Under the pieces are notes generated by a model. It did no database searches. It was not told the origin of the DNA and worked only from the letters and a program-made list of their open reading frames with translations. From an uncultured Acidobacteriota bacterium (GTDB lineage Bacteria; Acidobacteriota; Thermoanaerobaculia; Gp7-AA8): a stretch of DNA of 64,000 nucleotides. The DNA is taken from assembly GCA_937870635.1 (NCBI GenBank), contig CALMZP010000083.1, positions 5,100-69,099 on the forward strand. Direction: 5' to 3'. Positions 36,656 through 45,897 of the stretch are shown here, piece after piece. Numbering within the stretch: the first letter of the stretch is position 1; every line of letters starts with the position of its first letter. The translations under genes and the position numbers were made by a program.

Positions 36656-39043
36656 ATGTCGATACCCCTGATCCTCGCGGCCGTTCTGATCAGTGGCAGT
36701 GAACCCGATTGTCTGATGGCTGCGCGCGCTCAGTACAAGGAAGCAACGGCGGCATTCAAGGCCAGTGATACGGATCGCGCGCGGAAGCTCTATCGCGAGG
36801 CGATCATGGCCTTCACAGAGTTGGAAGCATGGCCCGACTTGCTCAGGTCGTATCACGCCTATCTGTTCGTCGTACCTCATTCCGAGGAACACGACACGTT
36901 CACACGAGGCCTCGATCTCGCCCGCCGCCTGGGCAGTGAGCTTTTCGAAGGCCAGATCCTCCACGCGCACGCTGACAAAGTCTTCGGTCGCGGTGACTAT
37001 GCGCAATCAGCCGAGATCCTCGAAACGGCGATCGTTCTGCTCGAACGATCCGATGGCTCGATGTACCTCGCAGACGCTCTCACGAGTCTGGGACGTCTCC
37101 ACCGCGCTCACGGCCGGCCGGACCTTGCGTTGCCGATCTACGACCGAGCGTTGCGCATCCAGGAAGGGCTCGGCGCAGACCTGGCTGCGATCCAGACGAT
37201 CAACGCCATCGGCATCGCGTATCTGCATCTGGACCAACCGGAAAAGGCGCTCGAACAGTCCGAGCTCGGCTTGCGTAAAGCGCTTGAAACGAACTCCGCA
37301 CGCCACATCAACTTCATGCGCGGATCCGTAGCCGCCGCTCACATTTCGCTCCAGCAATACGAGAAGGCCATTCCGCTGCTGCAGCAGGTTCTCGCGGAAC
37401 CGATCACTCCGTATCTCGCCGCGTACCGCAACTTGAGTCTCGCGCAGGCGTACCTCGGTCTGGGCAGGTACACCGAAGCGATCGACGCGGCGGACAAAGC
37501 CATCGAGCTGTCAAAGGCTGCCGGAGTTGGAGTGGAACCGAAGCTCCCAGCGCTGTTTGCCCGCGCGAGGGCGAAGGCGAGGCTCGGGCGCCAGGCCGAG
37601 GCCATGGCCGACGTCGAGGAGAGTCTCCTCTCCATCGAGAACATACAGGCCAGGCTCGTCCCCGAGGATTTCATGAAGCGAGGATTCATCGATACGTATC
37701 AGACGGTCTTCGGACTCGCGATCGAGCTGCAGAGCGATCGCGGTGCGCATGCCGAGGCATTGCAGACGGCCGAGCAGGCGCGGGCGCGATCGTTTCTCGA
37801 CCTCCTGGCGACGCGCCAGATCGACCCTTCCCCTCTGGTCATGCGGAGCAGTTCCTCGCAGCCGGTGCTGCCGAGCTTCGTGTCCGCCGAGGCTCTGTCC
37901 GGCGAGGAGATCGCCGTCACCGCGCGCGATCTGCGATCCACATTGCTCATCTACTGGGTCAATGAAGACAAGACCTTCATCTGGGTCGTCGACCCCGATG
38001 GAACCATCCACGGCCGAACCGTGCGCATACGTGCGCAGCGTCTCGCCAGTCTGGTGCGACAGAGCTGGGAACAGACCGCTTCCACGCCGACACGCGGGCT
38101 TCTTCTCCGCGGCGGAGAGACGATGACGATCGCGAGGATGGAGCGAACGGCGTGGGCCGAGCTCTATCGCCATCTGATCCTGCCGGTGCGGGACCTCCTT
38201 CCGTCGCAGCGCGGAAGCCTGCTGACCGTCATTCCACATGGGCCATTGTTTCGCCTCTCCTTCGCCGGTCTTCTGGATGAGAAGGACCGCTACCTGGTCG
38301 AGTCGTACGCGATTCACTCCGCGCCGGCGGTCTCGGTTCTGCGATTCATCGCCTCGCGAACGGACGATCGGGACGCGGATGGATACCTGCTTCTCTCGAA
38401 TCCTCGCTTCGGCGCGCCGCCCGACACGAAGGCGCTACCGGCGCTCCCCGGATCAGAGCGCGAAGTGAAATCGATCGCACGACTCCTTAGCAACGAAACA
38501 CGGACGATCCTCAACGGCGGCAACGCCTCGGAGAAAGAGCTTCGAAAGTCGATCGAGGGAAAAGCGGTCCTTCATTTCGCCACACATGGGATCGTGCGGG
38601 ACGATCAGACGCTCGATTCCTTTCTGGCGCTTGCCGCCGGCGACGGTGACAAGAGCAATGACGGCCGCCTCACCGCTGAAGAGATCTACACGCTGAACCT
38701 CGACGCTGATCTCGTCGTCCTCAGCGCCTGCCGGAGCGCGCTCGGAAAAGTATCGGGTGACGGCGTAGCCGGCTTCACCCGGGCGTTCTTCTACGCCGGA
38801 GCGGCGTCGGTGGTGGCAACGCTGGGGGACGTGGCCGACGAGCCGACGTCCTCGCTGCTGCGCGACTTCTATCAGGCGCTGCGCAACGGTTGGTCAAAGA
38901 GCCGCGCCCTTCGCAGCGCGCAACTGGCCATGCTGCGGCGCCTGCGCGCGGGCGAGGTGACCGTCCAGACCATGGCCGGCCCGGCCACACTTCCCGAACA
39001 CCCGATTTTCTGGGCGAGTTTTGTCCTGCAGGGGAGGCCTTGA
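36656..39043 (+). CDS. TPR-CHAT (caspase HetF-associated) cysteine protease
   Basis: Hydrophobic N-terminus, multiple TPRs, AEQARARSFLD, LHFATHG (His), VLSACRS (Cys), HPIFWASFVLQG. Confidence 0.93.
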   Translation: MSIPLILAAVLISGSEPDCLMAARAQYKEATAAFKASDTDRARKLYREAIMAFTELEAWPDLLRSYHAYLFVVPHSEEHDTFTRGLDLARRLGSELFEGQILHAHADKVFGRGDYAQSAEILETAIVLLERSDGSMYLADALTSLGRLHRAHGRPDLALPIYDRALRIQEGLGADLAAIQTINAIGIAYLHLDQPEKALEQSELGLRKALETNSARHINFMRGSVAAAHISLQQYEKAIPLLQQVLAEPITPYLAAYRNLSLAQAYLGLGRYTEAIDAADKAIELSKAAGVGVEPKLPALFARARAKARLGRQAEAMADVEESLLSIENIQARLVPEDFMKRGFIDTYQTVFGLAIELQSDRGAHAEALQTAEQARARSFLDLLATRQIDPSPLVMRSSSSQPVLPSFVSAEALSGEEIAVTARDLRSTLLIYWVNEDKTFIWVVDPDGTIHGRTVRIRAQRLASLVRQSWEQTASTPTRGLLLRGGETMTIARMERTAWAELYRHLILPVRDLLPSQRGSLLTVIPHGPLFRLSFAGLLDEKDRYLVESYAIHSAPAVSVLRFIASRTDDRDADGYLLLSNPRFGAPPDTKALPALPGSEREVKSIARLLSNETRTILNGGNASEKELRKSIEGKAVLHFATHGIVRDDQTLDSFLALAAGDGDKSNDGRLTAEEIYTLNLDADLVVLSACRSALGKVSGDGVAGFTRAFFYAGAASVVATLGDVADEPTSSLLRDFYQALRNGWSKSRALRSAQLAMLRRLRAGEVTVQTMAGPATLPEHPIFWASFVLQGRP

Positions 39044-39048
39044 GGATT

Positions 39049-39198
39049 CACCACAGAGGCACAGAGGACACAGAGTTCGTTCCGAAAGGCCATGCGTTTT
39101 ACGAAGGGATCCGTCACTCGTCACTCGTCACTCGTCACTCGTCACTCGTCACTCGTCACTCGTCACCCAAAGGTCCAAGGTCCGAGGTCACGGGGTCC
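39049..39198. repeat. Repeat cluster: CACAGAG-core triplet, (CGTCACT)7+, degenerate (AGGTCCA)n arm
   Basis: caccacagaggcacagaggacacagag; cgtcact x7 plus partial unit (39112-39166); aggtcca aggtccg aggtcac (39171-39191). Confidence 0.9.
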
Positions 39199-39231
39199 AG
39201 CCGAGAGGTGAAAGCCGGTTAAGATGCGCCC

Positions 39232-40245
39232 GTGTTCTCGCGCGACCGCCTTCTCCAGCTCACTGAAGCCATGCAGGGGAAGCTCGTGGTCGTCTACGGC
39301 GACATCGTGGCGGACCGCTTCATCTACGGAACACCGAAGCGGATCTCTCGCGAAGCGCCGGTGCTCATCCTCCGTCAGTATCGCGACGACGTGCTTCTGG
39401 GCGGTGCGGGCAACGCGATGAACAACATCCTCGCGCTCGGCGGACTCCCGATCCCGGTCTCCGTGGTCGGCGCCGACGCGGAAGGCGATGCGCTGATCGA
39501 GCGCCTGACCGCGCAAGGCATCGACTGCAGCGGCGTCCTGCGGGTCGAGCGCTACAAAACTCCCACGAAAGTGCGCATCCTCGGCGGCATGCCTCACGCG
39601 GCGCGGCAGCAGATCGTGCGCTATGACATCGAGGATTCACTCACGATCACCGAACAGGAAGCCGATCGCTTCGCGTGGCTGCTGCGCGATCAGATCTCGA
39701 TCTGTCACGCGGGACTCATCAGCGACTACGGTTATGGGGTCGTCACGCCGTCGCTCGCCTCGAACCTCACCGGATACTCGAGGGGAAAACCGGTGACGCT
39801 CGATTCGCGGTATGACCTGTTGCGGTATCCCGATGTCACCGCCGCCACGCCAAACGAAGAGGAGGCGGCGGCCGCGGCTGGAATGTCCCTCGCGGAGGAT
39901 GACGGCGGCGAGAATGCGGAGTTCGTGGGACAGACGCTGCAGCAGAGCCTCGATTGCGAAGCGATTCTGATCACGCGCGGAAGCCGCGGGTCAATGCTGC
40001 TCGAGCGCGGCGGGAGGCCGGTGTTCCTTCCCGTTCACGGCACCGACCAGGTGGCGGATGTCACCGGCGCCGGGGACACGGTCATTGCCTCGTTTACGCT
40101 CGCACTCGCCGCCGGTGGCTCGTACCTCGAGGCCGCGAAGCTGGCCAATTACGCCGGCGGCATCGTGGTCATGAAGATGGGAACGGCCACCGCATCGAAC
40201 GAAGAGCTTCGCCACGCGATCGAGCGCGACGAGGGGCTGGAGTAA
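39232..40245 (+). CDS. rfaE1: D-glycero-beta-D-manno-heptose-7-phosphate kinase (RfaE domain I, PfkB family)
   Basis: RISREAPV, GGAGN, SDYGYG, TPNEEE, DVTGAGDT, ANYAGGIVVMKMGT. Confidence 0.9.
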   Translation: MFSRDRLLQLTEAMQGKLVVVYGDIVADRFIYGTPKRISREAPVLILRQYRDDVLLGGAGNAMNNILALGGLPIPVSVVGADAEGDALIERLTAQGIDCSGVLRVERYKTPTKVRILGGMPHAARQQIVRYDIEDSLTITEQEADRFAWLLRDQISICHAGLISDYGYGVVTPSLASNLTGYSRGKPVTLDSRYDLLRYPDVTAATPNEEEAAAAAGMSLAEDDGGENAEFVGQTLQQSLDCEAILITRGSRGSMLLERGGRPVFLPVHGTDQVADVTGAGDTVIASFTLALAAGGSYLEAAKLANYAGGIVVMKMGTATASNEELRHAIERDEGLE

Positions 40246-40314
40246 TTTTGGATTTGCGATTTTGGATTTTGGATTGAACCCCAAATCCAAAATCCAAAAT
40301 CCAAAATCGAAAAT
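40245..40314. repeat. Palindromic element with (GATTTTG)n / (CAAAATC)n arms
   Basis: Fills the whole gap between the TAA of rfaE1 and the ATG of rfaE2. Confidence 0.95.
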
Positions 40315-40801
40315 GACAACAAACGCTCCTATCGTCGAAGAAGCTGAGTTGACCCGAATCGTCGAAGAAGAACGCCGGGCCGGACGCACGATTGCATTCG
40401 CCAACGGCGTCTTCGACATCCTCCACGTCGGCCATGTGCGTTATCTCCAGGGAGCGGCCGCGGTCGCGGACCGGCTGATCGTGGCGGTCAACAGCGACGA
40501 ATCGGTCCGCGAGCTCAAGGGCGCGGGCCGCCCGGTGACGGGTGAGCGGGAACGCGCCGAGATCATCTCCGCGATCCGCGGTATCTCCTGGGTCACCATC
40601 TTCCGGGAGAAGAGTCCGGCGCGCCTTCTCGCCGTGCTGCGCCCCGACTTTCAGGCGAAGGGGACTGATTACACGCCCGACACCGTGCCGGAGGCCTCCA
40701 TCGTGCGAGGGTACGGCGGGAAGGTCGTGATCGTGGGCGATCCGAAGGATCACTCGACGACCGATCTCCTCCATCGGATGAAGAAGAGCCCGGGGAACTG
40801 A
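40313..40801 (+). CDS. rfaE2: Heptose-1-phosphate adenylyltransferase (RfaE domain II)
   Basis: NGVFDILHVGHVRYL, AVNSDESV, KGTDY, HSTT. Confidence 0.92.
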   Translation: MTTNAPIVEEAELTRIVEEERRAGRTIAFANGVFDILHVGHVRYLQGAAAVADRLIVAVNSDESVRELKGAGRPVTGERERAEIISAIRGISWVTIFREKSPARLLAVLRPDFQAKGTDYTPDTVPEASIVRGYGGKVVIVGDPKDHSTTDLLHRMKKSPGN

Positions 40802-40805
40802 CGCG

Positions 40806-41726
40806 GTGCGTATTCTCGTCACGCGCCTCTCAGCTCTCGGCGACGTCATTCACACGATTCCGGCAGTCTCGCTTCTCACGCCGGTTGCAGAGGTGTCATG
40901 GGTCATCGAGGAGCCATACGCGGAGCTCGTCGAGCTCGTGACCGGCGTCAAGCCCATTCCCGTCCGGCTGCGCCGCTGGTCACGGGCACCGCTCGCGTCG
41001 CGCGAGGCGGCGAGCCATGCGCTGCGGAGCATGCGCGGCTTCGACGTGGCTGTCGATTTTCAGGGATTGATCAAGTCGGCCGGGCTCGCATGGCTTTCGC
41101 GCGCACCGGTCCGTTACGGGTTCGATGCGGAGGCAGTTCGTGAGAAAGCGGCTCTGGCATTCACGAACCGCAGGATCTCCGTCGATCGAACCCGGCACGT
41201 CGTCGACTGGAACCGCCAGCTCGCCGAGGCCGTGACGGCGAATCGCGAAGCGTCGCCGGAGCGATGGACGTCGTTCGCGTCCGACCCTCACGGCAAAACA
41301 GATCGGTACGCGGGGCGCATCGTCCTCCTTCCCGGCGCCGGAAAGCCGAACAAGCTGTGGTCATCAGCGGGCTTCCGCGCGATCGTCGACCGTTATCCGG
41401 GACGGACCGTCGTCGCCTGGGGTCCCGGCGAACGGCATCTTGCAGACGCGATCGGAGGCGACATCGCCCCCGACACCAGCCTGCGCGAGCTGGCCGCACT
41501 CCTGGGCAAGGCTGTCGCGGTCGTGGGCGCCGACACGGGACCGATTCATCTCGCGGCGGCGATGGGTGTGAAGGTCATAGGACTTTATGCGCCGACCGAC
41601 CCGCGGAGGAATGGACCGTATGGGCAGATTGATTCAACTATCGACCACTACCGCATCGATCAGCGTGCGATGGACACGATCCGGGTGGAAGAAGTGCTGG
41701 CGAAGCTCGAGGAGGTGCTGGGATGA
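40806..41726 (+). CDS. waaC: LPS heptosyltransferase I-like (GT9)
   Basis: RLSALGDVIHTIP, DFQGLIKSA, DTGPIHLAAA. Confidence 0.82.
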   Translation: MRILVTRLSALGDVIHTIPAVSLLTPVAEVSWVIEEPYAELVELVTGVKPIPVRLRRWSRAPLASREAASHALRSMRGFDVAVDFQGLIKSAGLAWLSRAPVRYGFDAEAVREKAALAFTNRRISVDRTRHVVDWNRQLAEAVTANREASPERWTSFASDPHGKTDRYAGRIVLLPGAGKPNKLWSSAGFRAIVDRYPGRTVVAWGPGERHLADAIGGDIAPDTSLRELAALLGKAVAVVGADTGPIHLAAAMGVKVIGLYAPTDPRRNGPYGQIDSTIDHYRIDQRAMDTIRVEEVLAKLEEVLG

Positions 41727-42475
41727 GGGGAACGTTCGCTGCGATGCTCGTGGTGCTCATCGCCACCGCTGCCACGGCCGGGGTCGATGACATCTTCCGC
41801 GAAGGGGAAACCCTTGATTACACCCTTCAGTGGACGCGGATCTCCGGTGGCTCGGCGCGGATGACCATCTCCCCCCTGAACGGCGACCGCTATCGCATCA
41901 CCTCGGTCGGAAAGTCCGGTGCCTTCTTCTCGCGCTTCTTCAAGGTCCGCGACGAGATCGAAGCCATCGTCACCCGCGACACGTTCTCCACCCTTCAGTA
42001 CCACAAGGTGCTCGACGAGCGCGGCAGGAAGAAGGACGAGCTGACCGTCATCGACCGTCAGAAAAACGCCGCCACGCGCCAGGGGAAGATCATCGAGGTC
42101 CCCGAGCGTGTTTACGATCCGCTCTCGCTGATCTACCACCTCCGTACGCTGGACCTGAAGCCCGGGACGAGCCATGAGTTCACGATCATCGCGGACGGAA
42201 AGATCTACGTCGTGCACGCCAACGTGACAGGGCGCGAGACCATCACGACACCGGCCGGCAAATACGACTGTGTCATCGTCGAGCCGAAGATGGCGTCGAC
42301 GGCCGGCGTGTTCCGGGACGACCAGAATCGCATGCTCATCTGGTACACGAACGATGACCGCCGGATCCCGGTCCGGATCCGGTCGGATGTCAACATCGGG
42401 TCGATCACAGCCACGCTCCGAGCGATCACGCCCGGCGTCACGTCGACGGAACCGGTGACCCAGAGGGGACAGTGA
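41723..42475 (+). CDS. DUF3108-like secreted protein
   Basis: Signal peptide, GETLDY, DPLSLIYHLR, ETITTPAGKYD, IWYTNDDRRIPVRI. Confidence 0.75.
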   Translation: MRGTFAAMLVVLIATAATAGVDDIFREGETLDYTLQWTRISGGSARMTISPLNGDRYRITSVGKSGAFFSRFFKVRDEIEAIVTRDTFSTLQYHKVLDERGRKKDELTVIDRQKNAATRQGKIIEVPERVYDPLSLIYHLRTLDLKPGTSHEFTIIADGKIYVVHANVTGRETITTPAGKYDCVIVEPKMASTAGVFRDDQNRMLIWYTNDDRRIPVRIRSDVNIGSITATLRAITPGVTSTEPVTQRGQ

Positions 42476-42476
42476 C

Positions 42477-42600
42477 TGGACCTTGGACCTTGGATCTTCG
42501 ATCTTGGGAGAGGCGGCCGCACGGGGTGGTGTCGCTGGCTCGATCGCGCGAATCACGTTCTGCAGATTTCCAAGGTCCAAGGTCCAGGGTCCAAGGTCCA
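42477..42600. repeat. Element with (TGGACCT)n / (AGGTCCA)n inverted heptamer arms around a 60-bp core
   Basis: Arms 42477-42509 and 42570-42600. Confidence 0.9.
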
Positions 42601-42817
42601 CCACGATAGAACCCGGATTTCCCGGAGTGGCGAACCGCGCCTAGGCATCCCCCTCTGAATGTGTCAAAATAACTCCCAAAGGGCTTCGTGCGTCACTTTG
42701 CGGGTGCTACACTCGCCGGACTCGACGTTCCAGAAACTACGGTTAGTCAGAGCGTTCCGACTGAATGCACCCCGAGGCACGAATTCCGTCTGGTCCAATC
42801 GGAGTAGGTGACAGCGT

Positions 42818-44533
42818 ATGAGCGTACGCCTCGGCGAACTGCTGACTAAAGCCGGGCTGATCAATCAGGATCAGCTCAAAGATGCACTCAAGGTGCAGAA
42901 GGAAACGGGCAGCAAGCTCGGTGAGACCCTCATCAAGCTGGCCTTCGTGACCGAAGAAGACATCACCGAATGCCTTTCCCAGCAGTTCGGCGTTCCTTCG
43001 ATCAACCTCTCTCACTTCGAGATCGATCCCAGCGTCATCAAGCTGATCCCGGCTGACGTCGCGCGTAAGTACAACATCCTTCCGGTCAACAAGCCGGGGG
43101 CGACGATCACCATCGCCATGGCCGATCCGACGAACGTGTTCGCCATGGACGACATCAAGTTCATGACCGGCTACAACGTCGAGCCGGTCGTGGCCTCGGA
43201 ACTGGGGATCAAGGCCGCCATCGACAACTACTACGGGTCGACGTCATCGCTCGAGCTGAAGAAGGTCATGGAAGACCTTCAGCAGACCGAGGCCGCGGAC
43301 CTCGAGGTTCTCGAAGAGGAAGAAGAGCTGGATGTAGCGGCTCTGGCGGAAGGCGCGGAAGAGGCGCCGGTCGTCAAGCTCTGCAACCTGATCCTGACCG
43401 ACGCCATCAAGCGCGGCGCGTCGGACATTCACATCGAGCCTTACGAGAAGGAGTACCGCGTCCGGTTCCGCGTCGACGGCACGCTGTACGAGATCATGAA
43501 CCCGCCGCTCAAGCTGCGCGACGCCATCACCTCGCGCATGAAGATTCTGGCGAAGCTCGACATCTCGGAGAAGCGCCTCCCGCAGGACGGGCGCATCAAG
43601 CTGAAGATGAAGCTCAACGACAAGAACAAAGAGCTCGACTTCCGCGTGTCGGTGCTGCCGACGCTCTTCGGCGAAAAGATCGTCATGCGTCTTCTCGACA
43701 AGGACAACCTTCGTCTGGACATGACCAAGCTCGGCTTCGAGCCGGAGTCGCTGGCGGTTTTCGAAGAGGCGATTTTCAAGCCGTGGGGCATGGTGCTCGT
43801 GACCGGGCCGACAGGATCGGGCAAGACCAATACGCTCTATTCGGCGCTGTCGAAGGTGAACTCGCCCGAAGTGAACATCATGACCGCCGAGGATCCGGTG
43901 GAGTTCAACCTTCCGGGGATCAATCAGGTGCAGATGAAGGAGTCGATCGGGCTGAATTTCGCCGCGACGCTCCGGTCGTTCCTCCGGCAGGATCCGAACA
44001 TCATCCTGGTGGGCGAGATCCGCGACTTCGAAACGGCGGAGATCGCGATCAAGGCCGCACTCACGGGGCACCTCGTGCTCTCCACGCTTCACACGAACGA
44101 CGCCCCCTCGACGATCAACCGTCTGATGAACATGGGGATCGAGCCGTTCCTGGTGGCTACGTCCGTGCAGCTGATCGCCGCGCAGCGCCTGGCGCGGCGC
44201 ATCTGCGGCGCCTGCAAAGAGGTGGTGGACGTGTCGCCGCAGGCGCTCATCAACCTCGGATACAAGAAGGATGAGGTGGGGACGTTCACCGTCTACAAGG
44301 GGCGGGGCTGCGACAAGTGCAACAACACCGGTTACAAGGGGCGGGTGGGCCTGATCGAGGTCATGAAGATCGACGACGACCTCCGGGAGCTCATTCTCTC
44401 GGGCGGGACGGCCATCGACATCAAAAAGAAAGCGGCGGAAAACGGCATGATCAGCCTTCGCCGTTCGGGTTTGGTTAAAATCAAGGACGGTGTCACGACG
44501 ATTGAAGAAGTCGTCCGGGAGACCGTGCTGTAG
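42818..44533 (+). CDS. pilB: Type IV pilus assembly ATPase PilB
   Basis: MshEN-like RLGELL..AGLI, GPTGSGKT, LRQDPNIILVGEIRD, tetracysteine motif. Confidence 0.96.
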   Translation: MSVRLGELLTKAGLINQDQLKDALKVQKETGSKLGETLIKLAFVTEEDITECLSQQFGVPSINLSHFEIDPSVIKLIPADVARKYNILPVNKPGATITIAMADPTNVFAMDDIKFMTGYNVEPVVASELGIKAAIDNYYGSTSSLELKKVMEDLQQTEAADLEVLEEEEELDVAALAEGAEEAPVVKLCNLILTDAIKRGASDIHIEPYEKEYRVRFRVDGTLYEIMNPPLKLRDAITSRMKILAKLDISEKRLPQDGRIKLKMKLNDKNKELDFRVSVLPTLFGEKIVMRLLDKDNLRLDMTKLGFEPESLAVFEEAIFKPWGMVLVTGPTGSGKTNTLYSALSKVNSPEVNIMTAEDPVEFNLPGINQVQMKESIGLNFAATLRSFLRQDPNIILVGEIRDFETAEIAIKAALTGHLVLSTLHTNDAPSTINRLMNMGIEPFLVATSVQLIAAQRLARRICGACKEVVDVSPQALINLGYKKDEVGTFTVYKGRGCDKCNNTGYKGRVGLIEVMKIDDDLRELILSGGTAIDIKKKAAENGMISLRRSGLVKIKDGVTTIEEVVRETVL

Positions 44534-44551
44534 GGCTCTGGGAGAAGATCA

Positions 44552-45679
44552 ATGGCAGTCACACTGCATCAGTTGCTGAAGACCATGGTCGAGCGTGGAG
44601 GAAGCGATCTTCACGTGACGACCAATTCCGCGCCGCAGATCCGCATCGACGGCAAGCTCGTTCCGCTGGACATGCCGGCGCTGACGGCTCCGGAGACCAA
44701 GCAGCTGGCGTATTCGGTGCTCACGGACGCGCAGAAGCACCGCTTTGAAGAGAACCTCGAGCTCGATCTTTCGTTCGGCATCAAGGGACTGGCGCGGTTC
44801 CGGGCCAACATTTTCAACCAGCGCGGCGCGACCGCCGCTGTCTATCGTCAGATTCCCTACGAGATCCTCAGCTTCAAAGATCTGGGACTTCCCGCCGTCG
44901 TCGAGGAGATCTGCGCGAAGCCGCGCGGGCTCGTCCTCGTGACGGGGCCGACCGGCTCCGGCAAATCGACGACGCTCGCCGCGATGATCGACAAGATCAA
45001 CCGAGAGACGCATCAGCACATCATCACGATCGAGGATCCGGTGGAGTTTCTCCACTCGCACAAGAACTGCGTGGTGAACCAGCGCGAGCTGCACGCCGAC
45101 ACGCATTCGTTCGGCAACTCGCTCAAGTCCGCGCTGCGCCAGGATCCGGACGTGGTGCTCATCGGTGAGATGCGCGACCTCGAGACCATCGAGTCCGCGC
45201 TGCGCATCGCCGAGACGGGCCACCTGACCTTCGGCACGCTCCACACGAACTCCGCCGCACAGACGATCAACCGCGTCGTCGACGTTTTTCCCGCTCACCA
45301 GCAGCCGCAGATTCGCGCGCAGCTGTCGTTTGTTCTGGAAGGGATCATGTGCCAGGCCCTTCTTCCGAAGGCGAACGGCAAGGGCCGCGTGATGGCCATG
45401 GAGATCCTGGTTCCGAACGCCGCCATCCGCAATCTCATCCGCGAGGACAAGGTCCACCAGATCTACTCGATGATGCAGACCGGCCAGGCGAAGTACGGGA
45501 TGCAGACCTTCAATCAGTCTTTGGCCACGCTGTACTTCAAGAAGCACATCTCGCTACAGACGGCGCTCAGCCGTTCATCGAATCCCGACGAGTTGCAGGA
45601 AATGATCTCGCGCGGGGCAGGAGCCATTCAGCAACAGCAGCCGGGCGGCGGTCCCGCGCGGCCGCAGCGGCCAGCGTAA
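44552..45679 (+). CDS. pilT: Type IV pilus retraction ATPase PilT
   Basis: GPTGSGKSTT, LRQDPD, AIRNLIRE motif. Confidence 0.96.
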   Translation: MAVTLHQLLKTMVERGGSDLHVTTNSAPQIRIDGKLVPLDMPALTAPETKQLAYSVLTDAQKHRFEENLELDLSFGIKGLARFRANIFNQRGATAAVYRQIPYEILSFKDLGLPAVVEEICAKPRGLVLVTGPTGSGKSTTLAAMIDKINRETHQHIITIEDPVEFLHSHKNCVVNQRELHADTHSFGNSLKSALRQDPDVVLIGEMRDLETIESALRIAETGHLTFGTLHTNSAAQTINRVVDVFPAHQQPQIRAQLSFVLEGIMCQALLPKANGKGRVMAMEILVPNAAIRNLIREDKVHQIYSMMQTGQAKYGMQTFNQSLATLYFKKHISLQTALSRSSNPDELQEMISRGAGAIQQQQPGGGPARPQRPA

Positions 45680-45693
45680 CGCCGGCCGGAAGC

Positions 45694-45897
45694 GAGTAGG
45701 AGGAAGCAATGCCGACATTCGAGTGGAAGGTCGGCAAGTTCATGCCGAGCGTAGCGAGGCATCAGCGGTACCGGGCGGAGCAGGCGCGACCTGCTGGAAG
45801 GTAATGAGTCAGGGCTTCGGGTTCCGGAGATCCCTCGCTTCGCTCGGGATACAGTCGTTGGAGTAGGAGGAAGCAATGCCGACATTCGAGTGGAAGG
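45694..45897. mobile_element. REP-family insertion flanked by a perfect 37-bp direct repeat of the pilC RBS and first 7 codons
   Basis: gagtaggaggaagcaatgccgacattcgagtggaagg at 45694-45730 and 45861-45897; interior has ttcatgccgagcgtagcgagg...gatccctcgcttcgctcgggata. Confidence 0.8.

Noticed and set aside
39112..39166. Tandem arrays (also 56509-56780) as CRISPR arrays
   Set aside because: 7-bp units with no unique spacers; no cas genes in the window.
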